A stretch of DNA of 64,000 nucleotides from the IMG/VR virus record IMGVR_UViG_3300018080_000104, positions 131,454 to 195,453 of that record. One strand, 5' to 3'. This DNA is from a virus. Taxonomy: Duplodnaviria > Heunggongvirae > Uroviricota > Caudoviricetes. A program made the position numbers and the translations under genes. The stretch's first letter is position 1, and each line of letters opens with the position of its first letter. Under the pieces are notes generated by a model, which had not been told where the DNA came from, made no database searches, and worked only from the letters and a program-made list of their open reading frames with translations. Positions 1 through 9,908 of this stretch are shown here, in pieces.

Positions 1-558
1 CTTGAAGGCCTCCTGGACGGTATCGCGAGTGATACCCCCGAAGATGGTTTCCCACTGGATCACGCCGCTGGCGGGTACAACAGTGTCGGCGCCGAGAAGA
101 GCCGTGTTGACCGCCGTGAGGAATTTGCTATCTTCCTCTGCTAGCATGTCCTTGATAGCATTATCTGACAGCACTTGGCGGATATCCATCTGCCAGGTGC
201 GGAGCTCCTCGATGTCCTTGACGAACCGGGGAGTGACAATGCGATCGAACTGGACGCGATAGCGCGGACCGCGGATGTACACGGAAATCGGCAATGTTGC
301 GAATGGAATGGAAATGGCGGCCGGGGAGCCTGGCTCCTTGTCAACGACAATGACAGGCTTGTCAGTGTCGACCTGGCGATCCAGTTCGTCGTTGGCGACC
401 TGGACGGCCGGGAGGATTTTCCGATAGAAGCCATCCTCGCGCACTCGCGTGCGGGTGAACTCGTTCACCGCGTCGAGCGCGTTTTTCACCATGCCCGGCG
501 TTTCCAGTTGCGAGTACAGATCCTCGTTGAGGACTTGTACACTTGCGGGGCTGGACAT
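1..558 (-). CDS. Major capsid protein, HK97-fold. 5'-complete; 3' end runs past the window start.
   Basis: Reverse-strand translation from ATG 558-556 gives MSSPASVQVLNEDLYSQLETPGMVKNALDAVNEF...PISVYIRGPRYRVQFDRIVTPRFVKDIEEL..., resembling phage HK97-type capsid proteins. Strong SD (caAGGAGGttatcaaATG). No stop before position 1. It lies downstream of a scaffold-like gene. Confidence 0.6.
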   Translation of the reverse strand, partial: MSSPASVQVLNEDLYSQLETPGMVKNALDAVNEFTRTRVREDGFYRKILPAVQVANDELDRQVDTDKPVIVVDKEPGSPAAISIPFATLPISVYIRGPRYRVQFDRIVTPRFVKDIEELRTWQMDIRQVLSDNAIKDMLAEEDSKFLTAVNTALLGADTVVPASGVIQWETIFGGITRDTVQEAFK

Positions 559-640
559 TTGATAACCTCCTTGCAAAGGTGTAAGTCCCGTTTCCGTGGG
601 ACATATTTAGTTACTAAACAAACGCGACCCTCTTTCGCCG

Positions 641-1237
641 TTAAGTCACGGCAGCGGGCAAGAAGTACGACCAAAACGTCAGCGTTTCCACGCCATGCGC
701 GTTGGTTCCGCGGGGGCCGACAGCAGCGTCGACAACACCCAGGCCTACAGACTGGTTGTCGGCGTTAACGTGCGTCGAGCACACGCCACAGATCCAGTCG
801 ACATACTGCGTAGCGCCGTTTTCGAGGATTCCGTTGGCGTCCGCAGTGAGCAAATCGTTCACCGCGTATGTCAACTCGTCATCGAACTCGGTGGTTTGCA
901 GCTCGAAGCCGCCGGTGGCGACCAGGCCATGCATTACGCCAGTGGGCGAAATGCCGATCCAGTGGACGGTACTAGTCGTGGGACTCGTCCCGTTGTTGTA
1001 CACGTCCGCATCGTTTTTGCCTTCCCACAGGAAGATCGGCATCTGGTGGCCAGAACCGCTGAGCTCGAACTCACCGGCAGCATTCAAGTGGGCCACACGG
1101 CCCGCCGGCACTGCAGTGAGTCCCGTCAACAGATCGTTGTCCAGTTTGGCAGCTTTGTCGAGCGCATGGAGGGCACCAGGCCATCCTTTTACGGCATCGA
1201 GAGCCTGCTCAAACATTTGTGAAACAGCAGCTGGCAT
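641..1237 (-). CDS. Hypothetical head-associated protein, 198 aa.
   Basis: Internal ATG at 1237 is preceded by AAGGAGG + 6 nt. The longer track ORF (to 1432) has no SD. Lies between the scaffold-like gene and the MCP gene. Confidence 0.5.
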   Translation of the reverse strand: MPAAVSQMFEQALDAVKGWPGALHALDKAAKLDNDLLTGLTAVPAGRVAHLNAAGEFELSGSGHQMPIFLWEGKNDADVYNNGTSPTTSTVHWIGISPTGVMHGLVATGGFELQTTEFDDELTYAVNDLLTADANGILENGATQYVDWICGVCSTHVNADNQSVGLGVVDAAVGPRGTNAHGVETLTFWSYFLPAAVT

Positions 1238-1301
1238 TTCAAACCTCCTTGTTGAGATCGGGATATGCCCGTCTAAACGTCCATGTGAAAACAAAACGGT
1301 G

Positions 1302-1703
1302 TTAAACGTGGCCGTTTTGTAGAATCTGCCGAAAGATCTGGCCGGACGGCCGTTCGTCATGGTCGCTGACCGGGGCGCCCGTATAGTATCCACGATCCCC
1401 GGCAGTTTTTTCCTGGCCGACCTGCGTACCAATTTGCTCTAACTCGCTGGCATTGCGATGCTTTGCCAGATCGCGAATCAGCTCGATGCAGGCGATGTGG
1501 CTCGAAGCGATCTTCGTGGCCACGTCGTCCTTTTGGTTTTCGTAAATTCGCTCGTTTGACAAGAGCGATTGAACCGCTTCGGGGACCAGAGCCGAAACAG
1601 CCTTTTTTTCCGCCGCAGTCTTTTCCTCGCGACTCTGGAACCGAGACATCAGTTCGCTGGTAACGCGGGCGAGCTGCAGCACTTTGTCTGCCGATGTGGC
1701 CAT
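1302..1703 (-). CDS. Hypothetical small protein, 133 aa.
   Basis: ATG at 1703 is preceded by GGAGG + 6 nt. The track start at 1709 is TTG. Confidence 0.5.
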   Translation of the reverse strand: MATSADKVLQLARVTSELMSRFQSREEKTAAEKKAVSALVPEAVQSLLSNERIYENQKDDVATKIASSHIACIELIRDLAKHRNASELEQIGTQVGQEKTAGDRGYYTGAPVSDHDERPSGQIFRQILQNGHV

Positions 1704-1771
1704 TTTCAACCTCCATGTATGATTTTCTACGACGAAAAATTTCGCCGGGAAAATTCTCTGGCGAGTTGTCG

Positions 1772-2965
1772 TTATCCGTTTCGACGCATTAGATCCAGCA
1801 CATAGCTCCGCATGTAGTCGCGGGCCTGCTTTTGGGTCTTGTTTTGCGGCACTTCGACTCTGAACTTGCCGGTTCGCTTGTGCTGCTGCACAAGGCTGGC
1901 CATCTTAGCGCCCGTATCCGATGCTGCGGCGGCCAACTCAGCAGGATCAATGCCTAGCTCCAGGAGAGCCATGGCCAGCTGCTGAATGCCCTCGTCGCCG
2001 TCCATTCCAGCCAGCGCCTCTTCCGGCATGCCGGCCAGTTCGCCGCCGACTTCCGGCGGCATTGCTTCTCCGCCGCCGCCCATGGCAGCCAGAAGCTCTT
2101 CAGCGCCTTCCCCGCCACCAGCCTCCGCAAGTTCCTCGCCTTCGACGGGGAGTTCTTCACCGGCGTCAGCAGGAATTTCCTCGGAGCCATTGTCCTCGCC
2201 TTCGGCAACGCCGCCCAGGGGATCCTCTTCCTCTTCTGCAGCCTTTTGCAGTTCGGAGAGCTCCCATGCGAGGTGGTTGGCGACCAAATCAGCCTGGTGG
2301 TGTGCCACCTTGATTTGGTGTGCGATAACTGCAGCCGCCAGTTGATCGGGCATGATCTCTTCGGCTGCTTTGGCAAGACCAGCACCCGCAGCGGCCGCCT
2401 GTTCAGGCGTTACATCTGCTTGCGCTGGCGAAAAATGGCCGTTGGCAAGATCGGCTGTAATCTCGTTGCCAAGATCAGCAGCCATCTTCAACAGCTCGTC
2501 GTCTTTGGCGCCTGCCAGTTTTTCGGCAGAATACTTCTCGCCGAAACTGCCGTCGGCCGGGTGCGACGTGCCACCCATGTCGCCTTCTTGCTTGTCGCCC
2601 GTCGGCTTGCCTTTATAATCCTCCTCGGTCGAAGGATCTTCGCCCGTAGGCTTGGCCTTATCGACGCCTTGGCCCAGCTGGGTGTCGTCGGTAGAAGGCA
2701 CATTACTTGGCGTTGCATCGGGCTGCTGATCGACGGAATCGGGAATTTCCTCTTTGACGATTTTAGTATTGTCGGCCGACTGCTCGCCTTCCGGCGCCGT
2801 CTCCAACTCATTGTCGTCACTCTTGGCAGAAGGATGATCTGACGGGCCTTCGTATCCGCCCGGATCCTTCATGCCCTGCTTTTCCCGCATTGCCGCCGTC
2901 TTTTCTTGCTGGATCTCCGCGACAAGGCTGGAGACGCGATCAAAAAACAGACCTTGGTCACTCAT
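1772..2965 (-). CDS. Highly acidic low-complexity protein (rich in E, D, G, A). Scaffolding-protein candidate.
   Basis: 397 aa with long runs of EE, GE and AE. SD GGAGGaagacaATG. Positioned between the protease-like gene and the MCP gene. Confidence 0.5.
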   Translation of the reverse strand: MSDQGLFFDRVSSLVAEIQQEKTAAMREKQGMKDPGGYEGPSDHPSAKSDDNELETAPEGEQSADNTKIVKEEIPDSVDQQPDATPSNVPSTDDTQLGQGVDKAKPTGEDPSTEEDYKGKPTGDKQEGDMGGTSHPADGSFGEKYSAEKLAGAKDDELLKMAADLGNEITADLANGHFSPAQADVTPEQAAAAGAGLAKAAEEIMPDQLAAAVIAHQIKVAHHQADLVANHLAWELSELQKAAEEEEDPLGGVAEGEDNGSEEIPADAGEELPVEGEELAEAGGGEGAEELLAAMGGGGEAMPPEVGGELAGMPEEALAGMDGDEGIQQLAMALLELGIDPAELAAAASDTGAKMASLVQQHKRTGKFRVEVPQNKTQKQARDYMRSYVLDLMRRNG

Positions 2966-3083
2966 TGTCTTCCTCCATGAATTGGGGAGCCTGCCAAAAA
3001 GCAGTGGCCTCCTGATTCAGCTATTGTGGAGTATTTCCGGCAAAGCAGTCAATGCCTTTTTTCCATTTTACCGGATACGGTTT

Positions 3084-5714
3084 TCATTGCTGCAGGAAAT
3101 TCGAACGCACGACCAGCTCATTTCGGAAATCCGAATCCGGCTGATCGGCCAAATGCTGCAGCAATCCTAGCTGATAAAGGGCGTATTCTTTGGCCAATTC
3201 GTCAGTTTTAGCGGCCGCGGCGACCTTTACCAGTTGCTGTCGTTGCTGGCATTGTTGCGGATTTCGCAATACTGCCAGTTGCAGCCTTTCTACGATCCTC
3301 GGGCGGTCTAATGACCACTCATTCGCGAATTTCATAGCCCAATGCCGCAATACTCGCGGCGCAGGGCCCTGTGGCAAATAAGGGTTCTGCCGCAGATTTT
3401 CTTCCATTCTGGGGTCTGCTGCCAGTCGATTATAGACTCCTGCCAGCCGCGGAGCAACTTTGGCGGCAACAGCCGCCGCCTTTTCCCGCGACTCTCCCGA
3501 CATAACGGCGATGAATGTCGACAGTGGCAGCATGCAACGCTCCCCAGCCAACGCTGTTACAATGTGCGCCAATTTATACTGGCCGGCATCTGAATCCCCC
3601 CTGGCGGGTTGCACGACGCTATCGAAAGCGCGATCGACGGGTGAAGGTGGAGCACTCTCCAGTTCGTCTTCCAGGCGAATCAGCTCTTGGGCAATTTTCA
3701 ACTGGCCGACAACCCTGGGATCTGACCAAGGCCCTTCGGTAAGCAGCCACAACGGAGGTGCAATACCCAACCGCTCGGCGATTGCGGCGCCTCCGATAGC
3801 TTCTCCGGTAGATATGCCGGCCGCCTTGCACATAGCATCCATCTCAGCCACTTTGCCCAGCGTAAATGCAATTCGGTCGGCGCGTCGGAACACTTTGCTG
3901 ATATCGAAGAAGGTCGGATCAGGATTGTCGGCATGCAACGTATGGCCGTCTTCGAATGTTTTGCCCATGTTATCCCGCAAGCCGCCATATTTCGTGCATG
4001 CATCCGGACCGCAATAATCGGCTCGCGTGCGTGCGTGGTTTCCACATCCGGAGCAGTTATGAACGGCAAAGCCGGCAATATATGTTTCATCTTGCGCTAC
4101 GGCCATGTTGAAGACGTCTGCTTCCTCGTATTCCTGTATAATTTGCTGGACAGGCAATAGCATATAGTCGTGCAACAAAAATGCTTTTGCATGCTGCTTT
4201 TTGGATGACGTAATATTGCGCGCTTTATAGCTGTACGTTGCAAGTCTTGCAACAGCCGTGCGCGAAATGAATACTACGTAGATATCTACAGGCTTATCGG
4301 AAAAGCCGTCGACTGTCGTTTCCTTATGTACAGTCGCGGGAATACCTAGTCCCCAAAAAAGTTTTTGGCAGTCGTCCGCAAGTTGTCTGGATACAGTACT
4401 AAATCGGCCGCGGCCGATATCATCGACATGACCGTCAGAATCTAGCCAACCTGCAAGTAACGCCAGCCGATCCTCTTCACACAAATCAAAAATTGCAGCG
4501 TTGCAGTGCTTTTTATGACTGCCAGTGCCAATCATTCGTTGGATGTCAGAGGCCAGGGGCACATTGTACAGGGTCACGCGCAGCGCCTTGCGATCCGCAC
4601 ATATAGAAGGTTTACGACCAAGTACGGCTGTCGCAGCATCCGTAATATATTGTAGACTAGGATCGTTGCCGCCTGCACTAATTGCAATACCCCGCGCATA
4701 TGGTGCGCCGTCTCGCTTGCGGCCGCGTTTTTGTATTAGCAAAAAGCCATCACCAGTATAACGACCAAGAAGATAAGCTTTAGAGGCGCCAACAACTTTT
4801 GTACCAGGCGATCGTACTGGATATGCTACATAGTCTCCGACGGTAACGTTGACAGCATTATACCATTGCAAATCTAACGAAACTTCCGTTTTGCACGTAA
4901 TGCAGGTCTTGCCATTGCGCACAGTATGTCGTCGTCTTTTATCGGCCGCAGAGCCATAGCATTGCCGTATATCAGCTTGCTTTAACACCCAAACAGGATG
5001 GTTATGTGTCATCGAAATTTGTTCAGGAATGCCAAATACATTAAATCGAACTACAGTGCCAGCGAACGGCCGACAAAATGTTCGGGATACTGTTTGCCAA
5101 TTCCCCTGCTGAGTACGAACGGTATTGCCAATTTGAATAGTTTCGATTGGTTGTAAACCATTTGCTGTTTCTATCAGCGAGCCGCTCAAAAGGCACACGT
5201 CGTGCGAGACCCGCGTGGCCATCGACACTTCGATGTCTTTTCCACGATTAAGCTGCTCCACCTCTTCATCGGCAACAAGCCCGCCATTGCGATCTGCGGC
5301 CTCTTTGGTTCCGTTGAGCGCTACAAGCAATTCGATGCGCCGCATCTTGTCATTGTAATCGGAAGCCTTGATGATACCGCGGCCTTTGGCGGGGTTTTTA
5401 TTGCAGTGGTCCCTGAACCACCTTGCATATTTTACAAACGTCGGATGATATTGCTTGCATACTACCTCACGGAAACCATCGCCGTTTCTATTCGGCCCGT
5501 ATCCCTCCGTAGATCCGAGCGCAATCAAATGTATAGGCACTTCGCCTGGTCCAAATTTGATGCTGGCGATCTTGTCGATGAACTGTACGCTGGCGCGTTT
5601 TACGAAATCATCCAAGTCGCTGCCGCGGAGCCCGCGGCTAGATACTTTGACTAGTTGGGCAACAGGCTCGCCGAGATCTTGCGAGCCGGGCGTAATGATT
5701 TTCGTAAAGGCCAT
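3084..5714 (-). CDS. Prohead-protease-like (HK97/S78-like) morphogenesis protein interrupted by an intein.
   Basis: N-extein carries WFRDH...KG and ...EVSMATRVSHDV, resembling the catalytic His and Ser blocks of phage prohead proteases. The intein follows at CLLSGSLIE..., then a roughly 320-aa C-terminal extension. Sits upstream of the scaffold and MCP genes. Confidence 0.5.
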   Translation of the reverse strand: MAFTKIITPGSQDLGEPVAQLVKVSSRGLRGSDLDDFVKRASVQFIDKIASIKFGPGEVPIHLIALGSTEGYGPNRNGDGFREVVCKQYHPTFVKYARWFRDHCNKNPAKGRGIIKASDYNDKMRRIELLVALNGTKEAADRNGGLVADEEVEQLNRGKDIEVSMATRVSHDVCLLSGSLIETANGLQPIETIQIGNTVRTQQGNWQTVSRTFCRPFAGTVVRFNVFGIPEQISMTHNHPVWVLKQADIRQCYGSAADKRRRHTVRNGKTCITCKTEVSLDLQWYNAVNVTVGDYVAYPVRSPGTKVVGASKAYLLGRYTGDGFLLIQKRGRKRDGAPYARGIAISAGGNDPSLQYITDAATAVLGRKPSICADRKALRVTLYNVPLASDIQRMIGTGSHKKHCNAAIFDLCEEDRLALLAGWLDSDGHVDDIGRGRFSTVSRQLADDCQKLFWGLGIPATVHKETTVDGFSDKPVDIYVVFISRTAVARLATYSYKARNITSSKKQHAKAFLLHDYMLLPVQQIIQEYEEADVFNMAVAQDETYIAGFAVHNCSGCGNHARTRADYCGPDACTKYGGLRDNMGKTFEDGHTLHADNPDPTFFDISKVFRRADRIAFTLGKVAEMDAMCKAAGISTGEAIGGAAIAERLGIAPPLWLLTEGPWSDPRVVGQLKIAQELIRLEDELESAPPSPVDRAFDSVVQPARGDSDAGQYKLAHIVTALAGERCMLPLSTFIAVMSGESREKAAAVAAKVAPRLAGVYNRLAADPRMEENLRQNPYLPQGPAPRVLRHWAMKFANEWSLDRPRIVERLQLAVLRNPQQCQQRQQLVKVAAAAKTDELAKEYALYQLGLLQHLADQPDSDFRNELVVRSNFLQQ
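4056..5195 (-). mobile_element. Intein of 380 aa (residues 174-553 of the host ORF) with a LAGLIDADG homing endonuclease.
   Basis: Splice-junction motifs: N-terminal C-L-L-S-G, C-terminal ...AGFAVHN followed by Cys +1 (CSGCGN). Two LAGLIDADG blocks (LLGRYTGDGFLL and LLAGWLDSDGHV). Confidence 0.85.
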
Positions 5715-5740
5715 TCGTCTGTTTTCCTATTTAATAGGTA

Positions 5741-7102
5741 CTAGGTCGCGTTGTACTCGGGCTTTTTCCAGAAATCTAGGCCGAGTATTGTTCGGGCTTT
5801 TTCCAGAAATCTTATGATATCCGGATTTTTCTTGAGTCGTGGCTGAACATCCCTAGCAAAAATTACTTTCTGCAAGACGTCTTTTATGTCACCCTTAAGA
5901 AAGTCTGCAGGCAGGTCTTTGCTCGGATCGGTACCTCTTACGCTGTAAAATGCGTCAAGCACATCGGCTATTGTCTGTTTTTTATGCGCTATGCTGGCAT
6001 TATACACGCGCGGGTCGGTATAGTAATCCAATACGTTGCCTGCAAGACCGCCAAGTACGCCTGTAACCGCAGGCACACCTATGCGAGCTTTCAAGCTATA
6101 ACCGGGCCGCGCGTTAGCGCTGCGAGGCATATTTGTTTGTGACCATAGGTTGGTATATCGGGGCGCAGTTGGTTTTCCTGGCCTACTAGGCAATATTTGA
6201 CGATATTCGAGATCTTTTGCCACTGATCCACGGAAAGGAGTCCACCACGGCAGTTTTGCCTTCCTGGCAGCAACGGCCTTTGCAAGGTCTTCTGCTATAG
6301 TCGGTGTTACTGTTGTTGTTGTCGGTGGCGTTAGGCCGGTATATGTAGTCGGAGGTTTTTGCGTTACCGTACTGGGCTTTTGTTTCTGCATCATGTCAGC
6401 GACAGCCGCATCAACGACACGAGCACGATGCGCTGCTGACATGCCAAGATGTCCGGCACCGGCGCCGAGCGTAGCTCCGCCTATAGTGGCTTTGCGGGCA
6501 AGCGGTCCTTTGTTGTAAAAACGCTCGGGTTTTTGGTAGTATGCAGCAGTTCCTTCTATATCGTCTGGCTTTGGACGGGTAAACCAGGCAAGCGGCGCTC
6601 CTGTATTTTTATAATCCTCCATGCCTTGCCTATATGTTTCCTCTGCCCGATTTGTGCTGGCATTTGGCAGCCCGCCCAACAATGCCTGCATCAATGCTGT
6701 TCCGGCGCCTCCAACAAGGCCGCCCGTCAACATCCGCGAAAGCGGTCTTCCGCGACCTTTGGGCTGTCCCATACCTGAGAAGCCGCCCAGGGCTGCGCCG
6801 CCCAGCGCACCGAGTGCCGGATATAAAACAGTCGGCGAAAGTGTTTTGGTTCCCGGCGTAGTTTTGCTGTCTTGCAGTGCCCATGCTGGCATTTGCTTTT
6901 TCAACTCTGCCCACCATTCTGGTGCCTTCGCCTGCAACTGCGCCCACCATTCTTTGATTTTGTCCCAGACTGCCTGTTTTTCCAGCGGCTGTCGAGACTG
7001 TCGCAATGCAGTTTGCGTTGCTATAACTTCTTGCCTGGCGGCTTTGACAAGTGTCAGGCCTTCGGCATAAGTCATCGTACTGATATTATACTGCGGGTGC
7101 AT
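5741..7102 (-). CDS. Hypothetical Gly/Thr-rich protein, 453 aa.
   Basis: Long ORF with G-rich and T/P-rich tracts. No clear SD. Its 3' end holds a 21-bp direct repeat. Confidence 0.5.
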   Translation of the reverse strand: MHPQYNISTMTYAEGLTLVKAARQEVIATQTALRQSRQPLEKQAVWDKIKEWWAQLQAKAPEWWAELKKQMPAWALQDSKTTPGTKTLSPTVLYPALGALGGAALGGFSGMGQPKGRGRPLSRMLTGGLVGGAGTALMQALLGGLPNASTNRAEETYRQGMEDYKNTGAPLAWFTRPKPDDIEGTAAYYQKPERFYNKGPLARKATIGGATLGAGAGHLGMSAAHRARVVDAAVADMMQKQKPSTVTQKPPTTYTGLTPPTTTTVTPTIAEDLAKAVAARKAKLPWWTPFRGSVAKDLEYRQILPSRPGKPTAPRYTNLWSQTNMPRSANARPGYSLKARIGVPAVTGVLGGLAGNVLDYYTDPRVYNASIAHKKQTIADVLDAFYSVRGTDPSKDLPADFLKGDIKDVLQKVIFARDVQPRLKKNPDIIRFLEKARTILGLDFWKKPEYNAT

Positions 7103-8444
7103 TGGACGGCGCCTTTATGTTTTCTTTGCTGCTTTCGTCTTCGCTGACATTGGTAAGCTGCTTTTCAATGTCCATTAACTGGCCCATGTCAAACGGGTCC
7201 AGTGCTTGGCCTTGTTCCAAATATTTTCGAAGCAGCGCTTGCGCCATTAGTCGTTTATTCGCTGCTCGCGGCGCAAATTGCGAAATCTGGTTATAGGCAT
7301 TCATGACTTGCTCAGGATCATACCCGCTGATGATTGGATCATTCATCATAAGATCCTGTAGCATAGTCTGGGCCTGAATGGCTCGCAGGTTTTGCTCGTG
7401 TTCGGTACTGCCAAGCTCTTTTAGTCTGTCTTGGATCAGTTCTTCTTTCGATTCCGGCTTAAATGCCTGGGCGATACGGCCGGCTCCGCCGCCTATTGCG
7501 GCGCCCAGTCCGATTCCAAGCGGCCCCACTGCCTGTTTTTCAGTCTGCGATCGATGCTCCCATACTGAGCCTGTAATCACGGACATCGTGGGGCATTGGA
7601 CAAAAGGGCGGAGGGTCTCCTGAATCTGCTCTTTGGCGGTTTTTTCGAAGCTTTCCATGTCGGCCCTGACTGCATTGAACTCATCAACACGATCGAGCGC
7701 CTGCTTAATTAGCGAATATGGCGGCTGTGTCCAGTCGCAATTGTGTGGCCTACCTACGCGCTTGGTAAATTGCGGATGCTCGTGCGAAAGCTTAGTCATC
7801 AGCCTATGTGCACGTTCGCCCAATACAGCCTTAGCGTTGTCGTGGACCGTAACAAACGGCAGACTGTCTGCAGCCCGAAAATAATCTGTGATTGCGTCGA
7901 CGGCATACGCAACGTCGTAAGCCAGTTTGATGGCCTTGTGTCGTTGCTGGTCGGCTTGCTTGCGAAGCTCGTTGGCATGCGATAGCGCTTGGCGGTCTCG
8001 GAGCAGTTTGGGATACTCTGCAACCTTTTCCAGCTGCCAGGCTTCTCGCAAATCGACGTGCTTTGCTGCCGCCTTCTCATGGCGGCTCCGCCACTGCGAA
8101 GGTGGCATAGAGTAATCGTCCGATACTGCTGTCTCATCCTCTTGTTCAGCCGCCGATTTGAATGTGCTCGGAAACATGCGTTCCAGAATGACAGCGTTAT
8201 CTGCCAAGTTGAATGCGGCAGCTTTTTCGGCTAAACTGTTGGCCGCTTTGAAATGGCCGATGCTGCGACCATTGTTGTATGCGCGCGCCATCAGCCCAAT
8301 ATGGCCGGCCGGCAGCCGCATTTCAGTGGCAATTTTGACGATAGCGTCGTTCGGATGTTCGCCTGCATTAACCAAATCAGCGATTTTGGTCAATGCATTG
8401 CTGATTAGCTTTTCGCTAGACGCTGTTAGTTTGGGCATGCTCAT
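7086..8444 (-). CDS. Hypothetical protein, 452 aa.
   Basis: Long ORF. GAGGA is upstream of ATG 8444. Confidence 0.55.
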   Translation of the reverse strand: MSMPKLTASSEKLISNALTKIADLVNAGEHPNDAIVKIATEMRLPAGHIGLMARAYNNGRSIGHFKAANSLAEKAAAFNLADNAVILERMFPSTFKSAAEQEDETAVSDDYSMPPSQWRSRHEKAAAKHVDLREAWQLEKVAEYPKLLRDRQALSHANELRKQADQQRHKAIKLAYDVAYAVDAITDYFRAADSLPFVTVHDNAKAVLGERAHRLMTKLSHEHPQFTKRVGRPHNCDWTQPPYSLIKQALDRVDEFNAVRADMESFEKTAKEQIQETLRPFVQCPTMSVITGSVWEHRSQTEKQAVGPLGIGLGAAIGGGAGRIAQAFKPESKEELIQDRLKELGSTEHEQNLRAIQAQTMLQDLMMNDPIISGYDPEQVMNAYNQISQFAPRAANKRLMAQALLRKYLEQGQALDPFDMGQLMDIEKQLTNVSEDESSKENIKAPSNAPAV

Positions 8445-9463
8445 TTTTTGCCGTCCTCAATTGTGGGATAAACAGCAGCATCCATCAGATGCTGGAATCC
8501 GGGCGGCGGACATCCGACGCCAAACATAGCAAGTTCGGCCGATCGCAGGCCAATTCCCCGCATTTCGATTCGCTCGATCTCTGTTTCTGCCTCTTCAGGC
8601 GATCTGATGCCCAGATCATATTTCTTCCAAGGCAGCCGTTCCATCATGGCACTGACATTTTCGAGGATTGCCTCAGTGCCGATACCGCCGCCACTGCCAG
8701 CATTACGTTCGATTTCTACCATGCGGAGGAACATATTGCCGATCTCGATTTGGCGCTCCCAATCGACCGGCTTCTGCCGCATTGCTATTGCGGTGTTCAT
8801 TCGCACCGTTTCCGAAATATCATCTGTCCAGAGCGCAGTTACGCTCTCTGCTGTTTCGGGCCGTGACGGATTGTTGAATTTGTAGATCAACATGTCCAAT
8901 ACTTTTGGACCGCACCAATAACCGTACATCTTCCAAAGTAAATCGTACTCGCGCTCCGCAAGGCCAGTCTGCACAGACCTTCCAAATACTTGATGCGTCA
9001 GATATCCCGGCGCATCCAGTCTGTCAGTTACATTGAAGAAGTACAGTTCGTACGCCGTCACGGCATCGCTCGTCAGCGCCATTTTACGGGCGATATCTTT
9101 GTATGGTTCCTGCGCTAAAATGCGCGCTTCAATTTCTCCTCGCCGTCCGCTGTCTGCATTATCCTGATAGATTGACCATGCCGTGTAGATGTCGGCATTT
9201 TTGTTTTGCAGGAATAGCAGTTTTTCCGGCGTGTTTGCTGCTTCTACCTGTTTTCTGAATCGAAATATGTCTACCATCCTGTTCTGATCGCGGTCTCTGC
9301 GAAGGCCGCGTTCGATACGAATGAGCTCGCCAGCCCGCCGCCATCTCCAGTCGGTCGGCCGATCGTACGCGTCGATCGCGTTATTTGTCAGCAGCGCACG
9401 TGTCAATTTGTTTCTCCGTAGACAGATCAGAACTTTGGCCGACAGCCTAATGCTACTTCCCAA
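8441..9463 (-). CDS. Hypothetical protein. Start is uncertain (TTG at 9463 or at about 9406).
   Basis: Long ORF. The first ATG is far inside. TTG at about 9406 is preceded by GGAGA. Confidence 0.45.
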   Translation of the reverse strand: MGSSIRLSAKVLICLRRNKLTRALLTNNAIDAYDRPTDWRWRRAGELIRIERGLRRDRDQNRMVDIFRFRKQVEAANTPEKLLFLQNKNADIYTAWSIYQDNADSGRRGEIEARILAQEPYKDIARKMALTSDAVTAYELYFFNVTDRLDAPGYLTHQVFGRSVQTGLAEREYDLLWKMYGYWCGPKVLDMLIYKFNNPSRPETAESVTALWTDDISETVRMNTAIAMRQKPVDWERQIEIGNMFLRMVEIERNAGSGGGIGTEAILENVSAMMERLPWKKYDLGIRSPEEAETEIERIEMRGIGLRSAELAMFGVGCPPPGFQHLMDAAVYPTIEDGKK

Positions 9464-9897
9464 GTGCTAGCATCGATAGCATTGTCAAGGATGATTTCCA
9501 GATAGATCTTCTTCATGGGTACCGTGAACGTACCCTCCATATTCTTGAACGTGTAGCCCTGCGGATGGAACAGCTCCATTACGGCACCGGGCACGTGCTG
9601 CTCTTGCGTGGGTATCACTTTCGCCATTTCGATGCATGTATCGCCTTCTGCGCTAGACGATGAAGACGATGAAGACGAGGAAGAGGAACCTCCGGTACCG
9701 GCCAGCGAACACACTTGGCGGTTATACAAGTTGACCGAAAACCCGACCGGCGTGCCAGCATCCTGCCGCACCAAAAGCTTTGTGATGTCGGCCGCGTGCG
9801 GATAATCGAGCGCAAAGCAAATTCGCGTGACGCCCGCCGGAATTTCCAGCGCATTCTCGTCGCAAAAATATCTTTCGTAGACGTGTTCGCTGATCAT
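9427..9897 (-). CDS. Hypothetical protein with a run of 12 Ser.
   Basis: SD GAGGAtcaaattATG. Poly-Ser is encoded by TCn repeats. Confidence 0.5.
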   Translation of the reverse strand: MISEHVYERYFCDENALEIPAGVTRICFALDYPHAADITKLLVRQDAGTPVGFSVNLYNRQVCSLAGTGGSSSSSSSSSSSSAEGDTCIEMAKVIPTQEQHVPGAVMELFHPQGYTFKNMEGTFTVPMKKIYLEIILDNAIDASTWEVALGCRPKF

Positions 9898-9908
9898 AAT
9901 TTGATCCT

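Noticed and set aside
175-3211. Plus-strand track ORFs overlapping the minus-strand head genes (175..768, 695..1222, 702..1322, 1921..2313, 1986..2345, 2246..2842).
   Set aside because: They are shadow ORFs antisense to well-supported, SD-fronted minus-strand genes (MCP, scaffold-like). They have no SD sites of their own and are low-complexity.
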